Below, one piece after another: positions 50,187 through 61,884 of a stretch of 64,000 bases of DNA. The notes under the pieces were generated by a model, which was not told the origin of the DNA, ran no database searches, and worked only from the letters and a program-made list of their open reading frames with translations. Every line of letters begins with the position of its first letter. The first letter of the stretch is position 1. Position numbers and translations under genes: made by a program. This DNA comes from Takakia lepidozioides (lineage: Eukaryota > Plantae > Bryophyta), in the NCBI GenBank assembly GCA_030704615.1, contig CM060733.1, positions 29,760,001-29,824,000 on the forward strand, written 5' to 3'.

Positions 50187-53100
50187 AAGTCCAACCTGCA
50201 CAGCGCCATGCATATGAAGCATAAAGGAAGACTCGCTCGGCAACAGCTGTTCCTGCTAATCTAATTGTTGAACGCGTGCAGTCCCGCTTTGGACATTAGA
50301 AATGGTACCACTAGAAATAACACCTCCAGAGATAGAGACTGTCCTAGAGACATTCTGACGGGAAGACTGACAGGCATCCTACATAAAAAACAATCAAAAC
50401 AAAAGACAAGAACGTGTTGGAGATTATCACCGTCTTCTGAAACTAAAAGCTCGCTTTAAGAGTAGGTCTTGAACCGCCCGTCCACCCCGAGCTTCAATCA
50501 TTAAACCTATCATCATCACTCCATGTATCAATCCATCTCAATGTCTGTCTATCAATTCTCAAGCTTTTTTACTCTGGAATTCCTCCTTATATAGGAAGTC
50601 CTAATGCTCTTTCAATGCAACCTACAAGTACCCATAAAGTACCCATCCAAATATATCAATCTTATAACGTTAAGCAGTGCTTACCAATTAAGATAACTGG
50701 ATTTATCAATCCACAAGTCATGATCAGCCGTGCCCAGTATATCATTGGTTATATCAGTCCATGGTCAATCTAAGCACCACCCATGGGATGAAGCACTAAA
50801 TCATCCACCATCCATCTTTAGCATTTCTAAGTTAATATCATGGTCTAAAACCGTTATGTCCAACAGGTGAAGATAGTACCTGATAGAGAAGATGATCAAA
50901 CTTACTTCAAAACTGGAGTAGAAGTAACGACTACTCGTTAAACTTTCATATATTATGTAACGATCTCATAACTAGAGAAAAATGAGATCTAAGGATTGAC
51001 CCTATCTTTTTCCTGGATGGCTTTATGTAATGCTATAGAGATCACCCTCTTTATAGATGCTGAGATGAGATATTAGAATTATTTTGAATTATCTCTTCTA
51101 TATAGTGTAGTGACAAAGTTTTTACACACACTAAATATACAGGAGAATATACACTGAGGCGCAATTTAGACGTGCTAAATATTCCAAGCGCAATGTGCAT
51201 CGTTCGTTCACTGCTCAGAACAGTCATGTTAGTACAGTTTATCCAGAGTTTATCAAGAGGTGGACCAACGACTGGTGCACAGTTCAACAGTAAAGATGGA
51301 TTGAGGTCCTCATGATATGGCAAATACAGTTGCACGGGGTCAGCCGGTTGCCAATACTAATTACACCCAATGAATATTCTAGCTTCTGTTCGATCTCCGG
51401 TACACGTTAGATGTCCAGAGTTATATGAGTGTGTCGAACCTTCATTATCGTTGCTCAGCTTATGTCACGCCTTTACTATTATCTCACATGTAGCTATCTC
51501 AATTATTAATTACTAGCAGAGGCTTCTGCTACTAAGGGGAGTTTATTGGGATACATTTCTCACTTCAGCTACAAAGTTCTTCAATTTAGATCGATGGCAA
51601 TAAAGGGTTTTGTACCTAGCTTTTCTTGCCTGTATTCCTGTTGTACTTCTGTTTCGATCACTTTCAGTAATTAAGATGTGATTTGTGTCAGGGTCATACT
51701 AGCTCGTAGCCAACCGAATTGTTAATATAGATTGGGGATTGCATTTTTGGGTCAGTCGGATCCTTTTTCAGTAGAGACTGGACATCCTGTTACTAAACTT
51801 GGAGTTTGATATGTGAGCCAGAATGGCAGAACGGGTGCATCATGGCTCACTTCCTTCCATACTATCTTTTGTGACTCCCATTAGCCACAATATGGGCGCC
51901 TGAACCCATATAATATATCCGGATTCAAAGGAAGGAAAATGGGTACTTTGGGCCTATGTGGGATCATACACTTCAACATATGCATCGAGATGCATCTGGT
52001 CTTGTTAATCGCGGAGATACTTCTATATATAGTGAGGATCCAGAGTAGATGGAAGCATCAAATAAGAAAGATATATTGTGACCAGGTTCTAGCAGCCGAA
52101 AAGCTACTGTCCGGCTGAAAAATACTTGACATCTGTTCGTCCTCGTTCTCCCACTAATTGTACGTCTGATCGTTATTTGCACTACCTCGATTTTCACTAG
52201 GTATATTGTAAGTCGGGAAGTAGTGCGTACGGTCCTTCCCAGGGATTCACCACGCGTTCTTCTTGTGTTAGCCCTGACATTGATCACCAACAGACTTTCA
52301 TCTTCGATCAAGGAATGTGGATACAAGACCACCTTGCAAGTTTTCTGGGTTCATATCCACACAGCTGTACTTGCACACTTTTTATGTGGACTACGAATCG
52401 GTGGCACTACTAAAGGTATACCTCCAGTACACTTACTGGGATTGATTATATGCTATTGCGACAATTCTGTTGTGTTTGCGGTAGATCTCATGGGCATGTA
52501 CCTGGCAACTATTATGAGATATTTTGTAGGGCAGTGTACAGATATTATCGATCTTTGCGTTGCTCGCAGCCGCTGCTTGCAATCATATTGTATAGGATTG
52601 TGGCCGAGTGGGGGTGGGGCACTATGGAGATCCCCAGGTCCTGTGGCTGTGTCCCAGCAAACCCGAACTCGCCATCGCCCACATTCAGGCTGCCAGCTGT
52701 TCACTGCCAGCGACAGTGTGGTATACTTACTGCGAAATATTCAGTGTCCGTCTCAAGAGAGTTCATACGACAATAATCAATTTTTTGATCATGTGAATCT
52801 CTTGAAGGTCTCTTCTGCATGACAAAATTGAAGACTGTATATCTGTTTTGTAGAAACGTGAAAAATTCCCCATATGTTGTGTAGGTGATTTTTTTTGTGA
52901 AGGATGGTGAAGTAACAAGTCTAAGCTTGTCCATAGGGACTCCCACCTAGGGATTATGACGGAGCAGCGTGCCTGGGCCGCTGATTAACCTCCTGGTGCC
53001 TATTTGTATTATGCACTAGGAGGGAAATTGGTTCAGGCAAGCTGCTTCTTCACAAGCTTTCTTCACAAGTTTTACACTCCGGCTGATGATATCAAACAGT

Positions 53101-53770
53101 GCTGAACACATAAAGGACCCCATCCACCGCCTTTTCCCTAGATCTCTCTTTCCTGGAGAGATCTAGTTCCCTCCTCTATTTTCACAAATCTCTGGCTCTG
53201 GCTCCGGCCTCAATGAACTAGATTATTGTTTGATAATACTAGATTTTGGAAGAAGAATGATATTTTCCTGTTTTTGGACTTCACTGCTGTTCGACATTGC
53301 AGTATAATACTAACTATGATATTCTAATATATGATGGGGAGGTGAGCTATGTCTGGCCATTGTTCCTCTGCCTCACTCGTATATGGGGTTTCTAAATAAT
53401 TACAAGTATTAATTCTTTCAGACTTTTGTTCCAACTGGTAGCAAGCTTGTTTCAGACAAAGGTGATTTTTCATAGATTAACAAAAGCCTAGGCTCGCAAC
53501 AATTTTTGCTGACAATGAGCTCACCTTTTAATATTCCAGCCTTAGACGCAGTCGGTGGCTCCATACATTGAGAAGTTGCAGTCTTCACATACTGAAAGTC
53601 ACGGGAATTGTCACGAAGATATTCCACGGTCAGACAACTCTCTATCAACGGCACCAGCTGAGGATATGTAAAGTTTTTACCGGGGACCCCCTCAACGTTC
53701 CATGCAGCGCAGCCTCACTGTTTCCAGGATCGTCGTTTCGTCTGACTGAACAGTCCTACCAACAAAATAA

Positions 53771-53887
53771 TTCCCATATCGAATGCCCATAACCGTGCAC
53801 TCTCGCGCTATAAAGCCACCGTGCAGTGCTACTTACTACTTACGGGGCGGTATTAAGATCCGAGCCGACGCCCTCCAATTGTTTCTT
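53771..53887 (+). ncRNA. Candidate Pol III unit A2 (degenerate)
   Basis: USE-like at 53771-53781 and TATAAA at 53809. The body has a deletion of about 10 nt and a broken T run. Confidence 0.35.
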
Positions 53888-54197
53888 GGGAATTGGGTCC
53901 TTATGGGACCCACCCACGAAAGCCAACCTACACTTTCTCGCCATTGCCCACATTTACGCTTGCGAGTGTCCAAGACTAGTCATACTAGTGCCTAAAGAAG
54001 AATGGAGCCCAGTGTATCATCAGAGAACAAAAATCTATTTCACGTGGCCTGCAACGATTTTACTATTCGAGTGGGTCCCCGTAGGAGGTTCACCGCGGCA
54101 TAAAGCCATTCTGTCTTTGCCTCACTAATGGAACAGATGCATGCAATCTGAAGAATTTTCAACCAATAATTTAGGCCATCCTACTAAGAAACTAATA

Positions 54198-54347
54198 ATC
54201 CCATATCGAATGCCCCGAGTCGCGCACTTGCGCGCTATAAATAAAGCGCCACGCCGCGCATTCAAATGTGGCCTGCGGCGGTCTAAACACTCGACTGGGT
54301 CCTGATCCGTGGTCGGTTCACTCATGCAAAAGCGGAACCTTCATTTT
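54198..54347 (+). ncRNA. Candidate Pol III unit B2 (about 83-nt RNA)
   Basis: USE-like at 54198-54208, TATAAA at 54236, stems CGACT/GGTCG and GGTTC/GAACC, ends ATTTT. Confidence 0.45.
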
Positions 54348-54575
54348 GGAGTCCTCTTGGGGTCCACCCACAAAATCCAACCTGCACAGCTCCATGCATA
54401 TGAAGCATAAAGGAAGACCCGCTCGGCAACAGCTGTTCCTGCTAACCTAATTGTTGAACGGGAGCAGTCCCCATGTGGACATTAGAAATGGTACCACTAG
54501 AAATAACACCTCCAAAGACAGAGACTGTCCTATAGACATACTGACGGGAAGACTGACATGTTCAATCATACATAG

Positions 54576-54852
54576 CAGTGATTTTTTTCTTAAATTTGAA
54601 AAATAGCAGAAGTGGCTACAAGAAATAGCTATATATTCTGTTCATCCATTGAAAATTTGGATAGAATCATCCTCCTATGTACTTTCATCCATTTATATCA
54701 TCCACATTTGGCAAATTCATCCATTTTATTTTTTTTCCTTGTAGAAGTTTGGCGATTTCATCCATGAAAAAATTGGGAATTTATGGCAGAATATTCCATT
54801 TTAATGTTTCGAGGTCGCCATTTGGCGATTTTTCGCCAAAAAAAAAACACTG
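54576..54852. mobile_element. hAT-type MITE (277 bp)
   Basis: TIR CAGTG(A)TTTTTTT / AAAAAAACACTG with 8-bp TSD ATACATAG. Absent from the paralogous site at about 50380. Confidence 0.9.
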
Positions 54853-55739
54853 ATACATAGAAAAAAACAATCAAAACAAAAGACAAGAACTTGTTGGAGA
54901 TTATCCCGGTCTTCTCATCTTCTTCTCAAACTAAAAAGCTCGCTTTAAGAGTAGGATCTGGAACCGCCTGTCCACCCCCGAGCTTCAATCATCAAACCTA
55001 TCATCATCACTCAATCAATGTATCAATCCATCTTAAAAGTCTGTCTACAACCCTAAAGTTGTTCTACTCTGGAACTCCTCCTCCTTGTAGGCAGTCATGA
55101 TGCTCCTTCAATGCAACCTACAAGTACCCATAAATACCCATCCAAATATATCAATCTTGTAAAAAAAGGTTCAATGGAGGGTGGACACCTCTTCTTCCAT
55201 CAATATCAAGACCAATGTTGTACCCTGTTGCATATATCATTCTTATAAGCTTAAACAGTGCTTTACCAATTAAGATAACTGGCTTTATCAATCCACAAAT
55301 CATCATCAGCCTTGCTTGCCTTGCCCAGTATATCATTGGTTATATCCGTCCATGGTCAATCTAAGCACCACCCACATGGGATATACCACTAAATCAACCA
55401 CCATCCACCTTTAACACTTCTAAGGTTAATATCATGGTCTAAAAACGTTACTTACTTAAAATTTGAAAAATTTGAAGTAGAGTATCGATACATGTAACGA
55501 TATTATAACTAGAGCAAAATGAGATCTAAGGATTGACCCTATCTTTTTCCTTGATGGCTTTATGTAATGCTATAGAGATCACCCTCTTTATAGATGCTAA
55601 GATGAGATATTACAATATTTAGATTTATCTCTTCGATATAGTGTAGTGACAAAGTTTTTACACGTACTAAATATACACTGAGGCACTATTTTGTTGTGCT
55701 AAATATTCCAAGTGCAATCTGCATCGTTCGTTCACTCTC

Positions 55740-56595
55740 AAAACAATCTTTTGGTTGTATAGAATCCGTTTTACACTCGAGTTATCCTTCAACACTAGTA
55801 GTTAGTAACTACAATGCCTGTCCATCAGCTGTATGGCTCTCTATACAACACGACACCCTTGGGTACTTAAGCACTGAGAGTAATGAGCTCTGTCTCTTTA
55901 GTTCTTATGTCTTTGTACGCTTTTGCATGTATGTAAGGCTAGTACCTTGGTCACAGGGTTTACTGCACTCTAGTGACATTGTAATGCAGCTGAGTGTGGG
56001 GTCACTAGAATAACATTAGCATGTTGTGTGCACAGTATGCCAGTGTATCTTTCCTATGCTCATTAATATTACTCTAGTCAAGTTATGATACTCTACTTGT
56101 AAGGTGCTGATACAAGTTCCTGTGTCTAGTTGATGTGTATCTTTCTTGAGCTTGCATGTGGAAAGTATTGCTGACTACTTCTCACAAACAATACTGTTAT
56201 GGGCCCACATTTCGTATCCATGTGCGTTTAACTATCTTTAGACGTCGTCTTGAAGCCTAGTCTTAGTTCTTTTGTGTTGTTTCTAGTTCGGAAGATAGAA
56301 AGATCCGATAGATCAGGGGAAAGAGCTTAGTAACATTGACCGTTCAATGGTGAGGGTTTTGCCATGTAGAAATACCAAATGAGAGCCATTTTTCGTGGCA
56401 AAGAATTGTGGGGTATAGTGGATGGGACAGTAGTTCGAGAGCCAGTTGGGGATAATGTCGTACCAACCATTCCTGTTGAGATAGCTGCCTAGGACAAGAA
56501 GAGTCAGGCGCTTGGAATACCTTATCAAGCCCTTGATAGGAGACTGCCGAAGAACTCGATGAGCTGTGATACTTCCTTTGCCTTCTGGAAGAAGT
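55740..56595 (+). mobile_element. Copia 5' remnant with half-tRNA-iMet PBS and decayed gag start (LTR start uncertain)
   Basis: ...AAACA at 56190, then GTTATGGGCCCA at 56196-56207, then gag-like KYQMRAIFRGKELWGIV.G and AFWKKL. Confidence 0.65.
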
Positions 56596-56757
56596 TGTTG
56601 AATCTCTAGTGCAACTAGCTAGTTACTGTTTACTTAGTCAATCTTCAGTCAGTTACTTAATTTAGTGTAGCATTAAATCAGCTAAATATAGATAGTTATT
56701 CCACCGTTCTCGCCACCGTCATCGCTACCGTCTTGATATGAAGGTTAGTCTCTTTGG
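56596..56757 (+). repeat. Partial LTR related to Copia-3
   Basis: TGTTGAATCTCTAGTGCAACTAGCTAGTTA matches the start of the Copia-3 LTR. Confidence 0.7.
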
Positions 56758-56979
56758 CAGGGTTGCACACGTCAGTGACGTCACGTCAGACCTGACGCTG
56801 ACGCGACCAACGTCACGTCAGTTTTGCCGAAATGTCAGTAAAATATGAGTTAGATAAAAAATATGTCATGTAGGTAACACGTTGTATTCCCAGCGATACC
56901 TTGGCAAGTGAATGAATTGTTTTATAAATTACTCCATCCGCCAGTATTTGAGGTCATAAAATAATTATTGTTAAATTGG

Positions 56980-57579
56980 TGCGACCTCCAAATGTTGATG
57001 GTCGTAGAATTTATCTTATTTTTTAATAGTTGTGACCACCAGCAAAGGGGTGGTCGCAGCATTTTTATTTTTAAAAAATAGATGTGACCACCAGCAGGGG
57101 TGGTCGCATTTTTATTTTTTTTCCTTAACAGTTGCGACCACCGCTACTGGTGGTCGCACAATTTTTATTTTATTTGTAATATGTGCGACCACCATTAGGA
57201 GGGTGGTCGCAACATTTTTCTGTTTTTTAATATCTGCGACCACCAGCATGGGGGTGGTCGCAGTATTTTTCTGTTTTTTTAATAGGTGCGACCACGAGCA
57301 GGGGGGTGGTTGCAGCATTTTTCTGTTTTTTAATATCTGCAACCACGAGCATGGGGGTGGTCACAGCATTTTTTTTTTTTTTAATAGGTGCGACCACAGC
57401 ATGAGGGTGGTCGCAGCATTTTTCTGTTTTTAATCTGCGACTGCGACCACCAACATGGGAGTGGTCGCAGCAGTTTTTTTTTTTGTTGATAGGTGCGACC
57501 ACCAGCATGGGGTGGCCGCAGCATTTGTTAATTAATTTAAATAACATGCGACTTTTTCGTGCGAGCTGGGGCGGTCGCA
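56980..57579. repeat. Array of about 12 palindromic units TGCGACCACC-N6-8-GGTGGTCGCA with T-rich spacers
   Basis: Directly visible, with a period of about 45-50 bp. Confidence 0.9.
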
Positions 57580-57924
57580 GCATTGGATTCTGATTCGTCA
57601 AGCGTGTGAGGCTTGGAGGCTACAATGCCCCTCACTTCTTCTGTGGCAAACACTTTTGTGGCGAGTGAATGTTCTCTATTCCTTAAGCAAGAGTGTAGCC
57701 CAAGAGGAGGGTGCGGACCGTTTGCTGTTGTGGCTTCCACCAGAGCCACTGCAACAAATTGTCGAAAAGCACAAAACTATATGGTGCATTGATCCACTTG
57801 AATTGATGTCATAGTGTTGGGCCATCGCATTCTGTTCTACCTTCTATTACTCTTGACAAATCTACCAAGTACACTAGTGTTCTTCGTTCAACCTTAAGTC
57901 TGTGGTTAGGTTCTGGATGTGAGG

Positions 57925-60314
57925 ATGAGGGAGGAGTGGATCCATTGGTTCACCGTAGACCCCCACAAAAAAGACGGTGTTCAATGCAATCTCTGTGCAT
58001 TGAAGCTGGCGGGTCGCAAAGATCGCATGTTATATCACCTCGGCTACAGAGATGGGAAGAATGCAGGGTTTAGTGTGCCCAAAAGCCTCCATGCGAATGA
58101 AAGCCCACTTTGCCCAATGTGGAGGCAATATCCCATCGTCTCTTGATGTGGCCGCAGCTTTTAAGCCAAACACTCCATGTTCGAATCAAAATGCCCCTCA
58201 GAGTTGTACCCAGGGGGATTCTTGTGAGGCGTCTGCTGTTCGTGGAGAAGCCGGTGGGTCAGGAGCAACACCCGATTGTATGCCAGCACTTATACGGACC
58301 AGACCATTGAGGCAACAATCAATGCAAGAAGGCTTAAATTTGTCGCACAAGAGGACTCTGGATAAGAAGTGGACCCAATTTTTCTACGAGGCCAATATTC
58401 CGTTTAATGTCTCGAGGCACACAAGCGGGGAGAGAAAAGATGCACGTTATCAAGCAGGGTTATTGACGAGTTTCATCGATACAATTGGAGCTGATAAAAT
58501 TGTCCAAGTGTGCACGGACAATGCATCTAACATGGTTAATATGCCGATATTTTGATGGTACGATATCCCCATCTATATTACCAAGGGTGTGCTGCTCATA
58601 TCTTTGATATCTTTTTAGAGGATTGGGGAAAAGAATCATGGATGAAACAACTAGTAAAAAGGGCAAAGTCGGTCGTGACGTTCATCCGTACACATCACAT
58701 CCCTCTGGCATTGTTTAGAAAGCATGAACCCAAATATAACCTTAGGAACCCAGGTGAAACCCGCTTTGCCACAAACTTTTTGATGGTGGATCGACTGGTG
58801 ACTGTGAGGGCGGGTCTAGAGCAGGTGATCATCGATCCTCAATGGGATGCGTATGTGGGCACTTTACGCGACTTTCGTAAGTCCAAGTCTTTGAGCAAAA
58901 GTCGGAGGGTCCGCGCAATCATTCGCTCCAACGATTTCTGGGCGAAATGTCCAAATTTTGTGTACATGGTGGAACCGGCATTGATTGCTTTGCGGGAGTT
59001 TGATGGAAAATAACCAATAATGGATAAAGCATGGTTGATATTGGAAAACCTTCAGAAACACGTGCAATCCTTGAGGCGTCCTCCATTCTCTATGGACAAT
59101 GATTTGGCGGCAAGGACCGAGGATGCATTTTACGACCGCAAACGGATGGTTTGCACGGACTTGCATTATGCGGGGGCCTTGCTGAATCCATTCTTGCTGG
59201 ACAATACGAATTTGAGAGACGATGTGGATGCCAAAGTCGGGCTTGTACAGGTCATCATGCAACTCGCGCCTTTGAACATGGCAGAGCGAGCTTTGTCCGA
59301 GTACCAGTACTTCTTGGATCGCCAGAATCATTTCCATGACATGTCGAATCCAAAAACAATGAACATGTTGCCACATGAATGATCTGATTAGAGCTGGAGC
59401 AAGAACGTTAGCTCCCATTGCAAAGCGTATTCTTGCTCAAGTGTGCTCTGCCTCGTCCTGTGAGCGGATCTAGAGCGTTACTCGTTTGTTCACAACAAGA
59501 TTTACAACAGGTTGAATCATGCCAGAGCTGACAAATTGGTTTATGTCTACACGAATTGTAGGCTACTGCGAGAGAGGACGGCAAGTGACGCATCTGCATG
59601 GTACGAGAAGAATCTGCCTCAGAGGTCCAATCTAGCAGCAATGATGACATCGACGCCGCGAGAGACTCCGACTCCGACGGTTGGGATGGGTCCGATGATG
59701 TCGGCAATCCTCCACATGACCCATATGAATTTAATGACAACGATGCTGCAATGCACCCATCCTTCGATGACCTTGTTGTTGAGGAACTGCGCCATGGTGT
59801 CATCCCAATTGCGAACCCCCTTCCCTCACTGGAGCACACTCTCAACAATGAAGTTGAGGTCCACTCTCCCCCACCGTGAGTTCCACGTTGGACTGCAGGA
59901 GATGTGCAGATCGAATCGTCGGATGATGACAACCGGCCGTTATCATTCCTTCACCGACGTCCTGCCCCTGTGAACCGTGCTTCATCTCACACCACTCCAT
60001 CTCATGTTTCTATTTCTCAAGCCGGTCCATCCCATGTTGGTCCATCTAGTCTCTCTCTCCCTCATATAATTCCTTCCATCACTACTCCGATCCTAGGAGA
60101 TGCTTCTTCTGCTGCGGGACTTCTGCAAGTCAAACCATCGGATGACGATGACCGGCCATTGTCGTTTTATCTGGCCCGACGACGTCCGCATGTGAACCGT
60201 GCTCCCTCGACCCTCGCTGGTCCATCTCATGCCCCTTCATTTCATGTCGGCCCCTCTGATATACGTGCGAGTAGCCTCCCGTATACGATAATCAAGGGCA
60301 AACAATTTTTTTAA
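57925..60314 (+). pseudogene. hAT transposase (BED finger, DUF659-type core, dimerisation domain) with long acidic C-terminal tail
   Basis: W..WF...CNLC...H, FFYEANIPFN, VCTDNASNM, CAAH, PGETRFAT, ILAQVCSASSCER. An internal deletion at about 58420 removes the first catalytic Asp region. Confidence 0.9.
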
Positions 60315-61056
60315 TTAATTTATTAGATTTTATTCGATTTTAAATGAATAAACTTGATATAATATAAAAACATACATATACATATTTGAGGGTATTTTTT
60401 AATTATTGAAAAGGAAAATATACATACATAAGGGGGTACTTTTTAAAAATTACAAATTTCTATATATTTACAAGAGGGGGTTTTATAATCTTCAAAATGT
60501 ATGTACAGAGGGGGTATAAATGATCCAAGGACCCGTATACAGGGGGTTTTTTATTAGGCAGCGAACGCACGTGATACGGACATTTTATAAATAGTGCACT
60601 CCCAAGGGGATTGCATCTTTCGTCACAAGAACGATTTGAAAACCTTGTAAATTCACTCATCTTGCCATGATGAGGAACGATTGGTTGTCATTTACAAGCA
60701 ATTTACAGCAATGTGAAACTAGTGCAGACCGTACAATCAAGAATTCGGACAACGATCATGAACTACCACGCTCTCACCCATTCGGAGCAGAAGAAGCTAT
60801 GCATCCAGAAATGTCGTGTGGACTTCTCAGTCGTTATAGGCCCAATGCCTCTGACCCAGGAGGTTTGAGCGCTCGGCTGCCATGTCATTTGCGTCATGTA
60901 CACTGTCACTCTTCAAGATTCGTGGGTGTGGTGCTTGATTATCCCATATGATGGACCCAGGTGCCATGGCCAAGTAACAAACCATTGAAACATGATGGTA
61001 CAAGACAAACACAATTGAAAACAACATTTATTCAAACATGATGTACAGTCAGAGGT

Positions 61057-61880
61057 CTACAAGTTTCTATCCATCCTCCAACAATTTTTGGGCTCAGGCC
61101 AATTGAATAGCCTCGTCATGAAACGCTTCACAACATTTTCTAGTTTGTACCGCAACTCTACTGTGTTTACACACAAGTTTTCCAGAGACGAAGCAAAACA
61201 GGTTCCAGTAGACATATCGTTAAACAGGCTTGCATCGAACGTGTTACCCCCATTTATTGCATCTGATGGCACGGTTAGAGGGGGCCTACGAGGTGTGTCA
61301 TCTGACTGGTTGTTGGCTATATTATGAACAATTGCAATTTCAAGTGCAATCCACCATCTATATGCGAGAGTCTTTATCATCTTGTCTCTGCTCTCGAAAA
61401 TGTACAACGTGGTTTTTGGGTCATCCGTCGTGGAGACCATCCCCCAATCGCATACCTCGATGTACATATCTTCAGACCCTTGTGGAAAATGCACCAAGAT
61501 GTTGTCAGGGGACATGTCGTTATGCAAGAGGAAGTTGTTGTACCTGTGCGTTTGTGGATATGTATCTCAAGTTCAATGCCGCATCCGCGGACGAGGACCT
61601 TGCCTTCCATGGGAGTGGTTTCGTATGGCGTGGGCCTTTGCCATGTTAGACCACCAATCCACAAGCACAAACAACTCCTCCTCCGAAGTTGGCATACGAG
61701 CTTCAGCTAATGGTGTTCTCGTAACAAACTTGTCCATGGTTTGCCTCAGATTCCATATGGCATTATGGGCCCGATCTCTCCATCCATTTTGAGAACTGGA
61801 ACTTCGTCCTATCCTCCTCCCATTCATCCCTGGCCAAAGCCTCCTTCATTCTCATCTCCATATTGTGCTGGAATCTAAGG
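61057..61880 (-). pseudogene. Intronless atypical protein kinase pseudogene, truncated by the Gypsy LTR
   Basis: Catalytic loop LHNDMSPDNILVHF, VCDWGM (DFG equivalent) and RWWIALE (APE equivalent). The N-lobe appears deleted. Confidence 0.7.
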
Positions 61881-61884
61881 AACC

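Larger units (their letters stand above)
47201..51215 (+). repeat. Diverged tandem segmental duplication, unit 1
   Basis: Colinear with 52323-55737 from ACAAGACCACCTTGCAAG to GCATCGTTCGTTCACT, with unit-specific insertions. Confidence 0.88.
52323..55737 (+). repeat. Diverged tandem segmental duplication, unit 2
   Basis: Colinear with 47201-51215. Confidence 0.88.
56758..60604 (+). mobile_element. Degenerate hAT DNA transposon (ends approximate)
   Basis: CAGGGTTGCAC left end, subterminal repeats and a hAT transposase. The right end GTGCACTCCCA matches imperfectly and no TSD was found. Confidence 0.65.

Noticed and set aside
56980-57579. CRISPR array
   Set aside because: Eukaryotic context, spacers are similar low-complexity T tracts, and there are no cas genes.
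60590-60615. Exact right TIR and TSD of the hAT
   Set aside because: Only 7/11 match to the left end and no 8-bp TSD, so the boundary is left approximate.
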